A stretch of DNA of 57,528 nucleotides from a virus (lineage: Duplodnaviria > Caudoviricetes), in the IMG/VR virus record IMGVR_UViG_3300027746_000023, positions 1 to 57,528 of that record; one strand, given 5' to 3'. Shown piece after piece: positions 55,295-57,528 of this stretch. The position numbers and the translations under genes were made by a program. Below the pieces are notes generated by a model. That model was not told the origin of the DNA and made no database searches. It saw only the letters and a program-made list of their open reading frames with translations. Numbering within the stretch: position 1 is the first letter of the stretch; each line of letters begins with the position of its first letter.

Positions 55295-55554
55295 TCTGTG
55301 ACCTCCAGCAGTGAGAATTTGGTGTGTGTTTTTCCAATCGGCCTGACCTCGGCCTTTTGCTCTAAGATGAAATAAGTCCCGCACGCATCGTCATTGCGAT
55401 CGGTGAGAGGCAAATCACTCGACAGCCACCAGCCTTTGAAGTCTCTAAGGATAAAACTCTCAGCGTCTTGCCATTTCTCAAACGGCCCGAAGACGAATTT
55501 TGTTTTAAGGGTTTCGCCTTGGGATTCCCTATCGATTACCCAAAACGCGCTCAT
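55291..55554 (-). CDS. Hypothetical protein
   Basis: Homolog of 21421-21675. Confidence 0.65.
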   Translation of the reverse strand: MSAFWVIDRESQGETLKTKFVFGPFEKWQDAESFILRDFKGWWLSSDLPLTDRNDDACGTYFILEQKAEVRPIGKTHTKFSLLEVTE

Positions 55555-56023
55555 CGGGCAAGCCTCCAAGTTGCCCAGGCGAGACCGACGAGCGGCAGCA
55601 TGGTGGTGAGGTATTGGATGAAATAGCCGATCGAGCGGCAGATTGATTGCGGGTCGTTTGGATCTATCATTGTTTTGCGGGTGTTATGTGGGTGGCTTGG
55701 ATGCCGTGGGTTTTGAAAAAAATGGTCTTGGCATCTCCGAAGCCGGCGGCCGTGATGATCGAGCGGATGCGGCCGCGCACGGGGTCGAGGCCCTCGCAGA
55801 GGTATGGTCGTGGGCGTTTCATACCGGCGTCGGCTGGTGGGTGGAGTTGGATTGGAGTTTGGCGACCAGGGAATCCTGACCGCGTGCCGTGAGGCAGGCC
55901 GCTGCCGCGTCACGCAGGGCGGCGTAGGCCTCCTCGAGCGAGGCATCCCACAGCACCGAGGCGTGCTCGGCGGCGTGGTCCGCATCGACGAAGATTTTTT
56001 GGAGATCGGCGATTTTCATTTGC

Positions 56024-56200
56024 TTAGGCGCGAGTGGAGACCAAGCCGTTGTCGCGGGCCTTTTCGGTATCGCGGGCGATGAGAAATTGGATATAGCTCG
56101 ATAGGCTGCGATGCTCTTGGGAAGCGCGTTCGCGGGCTTTCTCAAGCAACCAGGCTGGGATCGAAATCGACTTTTTGATCGTTGTGTTTTCGGTATTCAT
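56024..56200 (-). CDS. Ribbon-helix-helix protein (Cro position), phage B
   Basis: Read by hand: MNTENTTIKKSISIPAWLLEKARERASQEHRSLSSYIQFLIARD, 58 aa. Confidence 0.75.
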   Translation of the reverse strand: MNTENTTIKKSISIPAWLLEKARERASQEHRSLSSYIQFLIARDTEKARDNGLVSTRA

Positions 56201-56303
56201 TATTCCTACTTTTGCGCATTAGTAGGAATAATGCGGCATGGGGTCAATACCTTATTTCATCAAAAGTTGATTTTTTCTTACTTGGTGCGAAATATTCAGA
56301 AAT

Positions 56304-56687
56304 ATGCCAAAGAAAAAACCCGATTCAGAAAAAGCGAAAAAGGTGTCCGTATCTATTCCCAAGGCCGATTGGGAGCTTGTGGAAATGCGGTTGCTCGAGT
56401 GGAGATGCGGCCCGAGCGAATACATCCAGCGACTGATCCGCGACGATACTCAACCACTCTGGTTGGAAAAAAATGCGGCATCCATTTCTCCGTTAAAAAT
56501 AGCCGCCGAGACCCCGGAGAGCGTTGATCTGCCACAGGACAAAAATCAGGGAAAATACCAGACTGCCGCAGCGAAAAGGGCGGCAGAGCGTGCTGGTGTA
56601 AAGACTATCAGGCCATCGAAGAGTTCCGGTGGTTCGTCCTCAACTCCTACGACGGACCACTCCCTGAAAACTGGGTCGCAGAAGTGA
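56304..56687 (+). CDS. Ribbon-helix-helix repressor (CI position), phage B
   Basis: KKVSVSIPKADWELV..SEYIQRLIRDD. Confidence 0.7.
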   Translation: MPKKKPDSEKAKKVSVSIPKADWELVEMRLLEWRCGPSEYIQRLIRDDTQPLWLEKNAASISPLKIAAETPESVDLPQDKNQGKYQTAAAKRAAERAGVKTIRPSKSSGGSSSTPTTDHSLKTGSQK

Positions 56688-56724
56688 TCGACCTCACAGA
56701 ACAGATCCAGTAGAGAAAATCGCC

Positions 56725-56982
56725 ATGCACAATTACCATGTGGAGTTTTTTAAGACGCGGCTTTTTAGCGGCACTGTGGATGCAAAGAGGCTTGAAGATC
56801 GTTTGAATAAACTTGGACAAGAGGGATGGGTGCTGGAACGCACGATTCACGAGCGCAAACGCAGCTTCCTTTTATTTTCCAGAGAGGTGCACATTTTGAT
56901 TTTCCGGCATTACGAGGCTGGGACGGAGGCGGAGCTGTTGCGCCAACTCCTGCGAGCCTACGGCCACGAGCCCCTGGTGTAG
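56725..56982 (+). CDS. DUF4177-like protein
   Basis: LEDRLNKLGQEGWVL..LIFR. Confidence 0.7.
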   Translation: MHNYHVEFFKTRLFSGTVDAKRLEDRLNKLGQEGWVLERTIHERKRSFLLFSREVHILIFRHYEAGTEAELLRQLLRAYGHEPLV

Positions 56983-57074
56983 TAAAAAAACCTCGGGAGG
57001 CGCTGCTTCTATGCGGTTCCAGCGCTGTGGACTTGTTTGACCAGGCGAGACCCTCGCCCGCCGCATTGCCACGC

Positions 57075-57528
57075 TTAGGCGAGGATATCGATGCGGTCGG
57101 CCACGCGCTGGCGTAGGCTGGCGAGCATTTCGGACTCCGTCATGCCGGTGGCCCATGGCGGGTGGAATTGGTAGTGGGGTTTGTCCACGATCTTTTTCCA
57201 CCGGCCTCCCCACTCGAGGCCGAGGCTTTCGCCAAGGGGTCCAAGCTCGTCGTAGAGCGGGTGGTCTTCGAGGTAGGCTTTGCCTTTGAAGATTCCGATA
57301 TCGACGGATAGACCGAAATTGTGATTTGAGTGGCCAGCACGGGCGTGGGTGACGATGCGGCCTGGCGTGGTGCGGCCTTGGGCGTAGATGGCGTCCTGCT
57401 CTGCGTAGGAACGGAGCGCTGAGATGATGCGCACATCGAGGCCGCGCGGCTGGGCGAGGTTCTTTGCCGCGCTGATGAAAGTAGCGACGCGCTTCTGGAT
57501 GTCGGGATGGAGCGTGGCGAGGTTGCGC
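57075..57528 (-). CDS. M15 endolysin, second copy (partial, start beyond window)
   Basis: Near-identical to 25555-26008. Confidence 0.9.
   Translation of the reverse strand, partial: RNLATLHPDIQKRVATFISAAKNLAQPRGLDVRIISALRSYAEQDAIYAQGRTTPGRIVTHARAGHSNHNFGLSVDIGIFKGKAYLEDHPLYDELGPLGESLGLEWGGRWKKIVDKPHYQFHPPWATGMTESEMLASLRQRVADRIDILA

Larger units (their letters stand above)
26009..57528. mobile_element. Temperate siphophage B (inferred ~31.5 kb circle sharing the lysis-tail module)
   Basis: Second head, terminase, primase and integrase set; 57403-57528 is identical to 25883-26008, closing a circle. Confidence 0.75.

Noticed and set aside
1-57528. Tandem prophages in a host chromosome
   Set aside because: No host genes, both att regions look like intact attP, and the window ends coincide with k-length exact overlaps.

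Overview
The whole window is temperate siphophage DNA, read mostly on the minus strand. It is best explained as two related circular phage genomes joined through a shared ~12.9 kb lysis-tail module (~25883-38783). Phage A (circle ~1-38656) has a lambda-like head module, a ParB-methyltransferase, two HNH genes, DnaB replication, a Sak4/SSB/Cas4-like recombination module, a tyrosine integrase and an attP copying the 3' half of tRNA-Leu(TAA). Phage B (circle ~26009-57528) has different head genes, primase-type replication, a second integrase and an attP apparently copying the 5' end of tRNA-Gln. The first 127 nt and last 126 nt of the window are exact copies of internal sequence, which suggests a k=127 assembly join. 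Main finding: in phage A a stand-alone 186-aa RAMP/Cas7-like gene (17411-17971, minus) is directly followed by a three-unit non-coding array. Each unit is (GGC-NN)x12-15 plus a conserved, covarying hairpin. This is a non-CRISPR, probably RNA-guided system resembling what I recall as VIPR; read as codon positions 1-2, its variable dinucleotides give protein-like sequences. Other points: a TTTGACA-N13-start motif before late genes, nested scaffold genes, a conserved cos-like site, divergent ribbon-helix-helix switches, a chain of palindromes, a candidate ncRNA and a pseudoknot before the SSB gene. All calls are by eye; no database searches were run.
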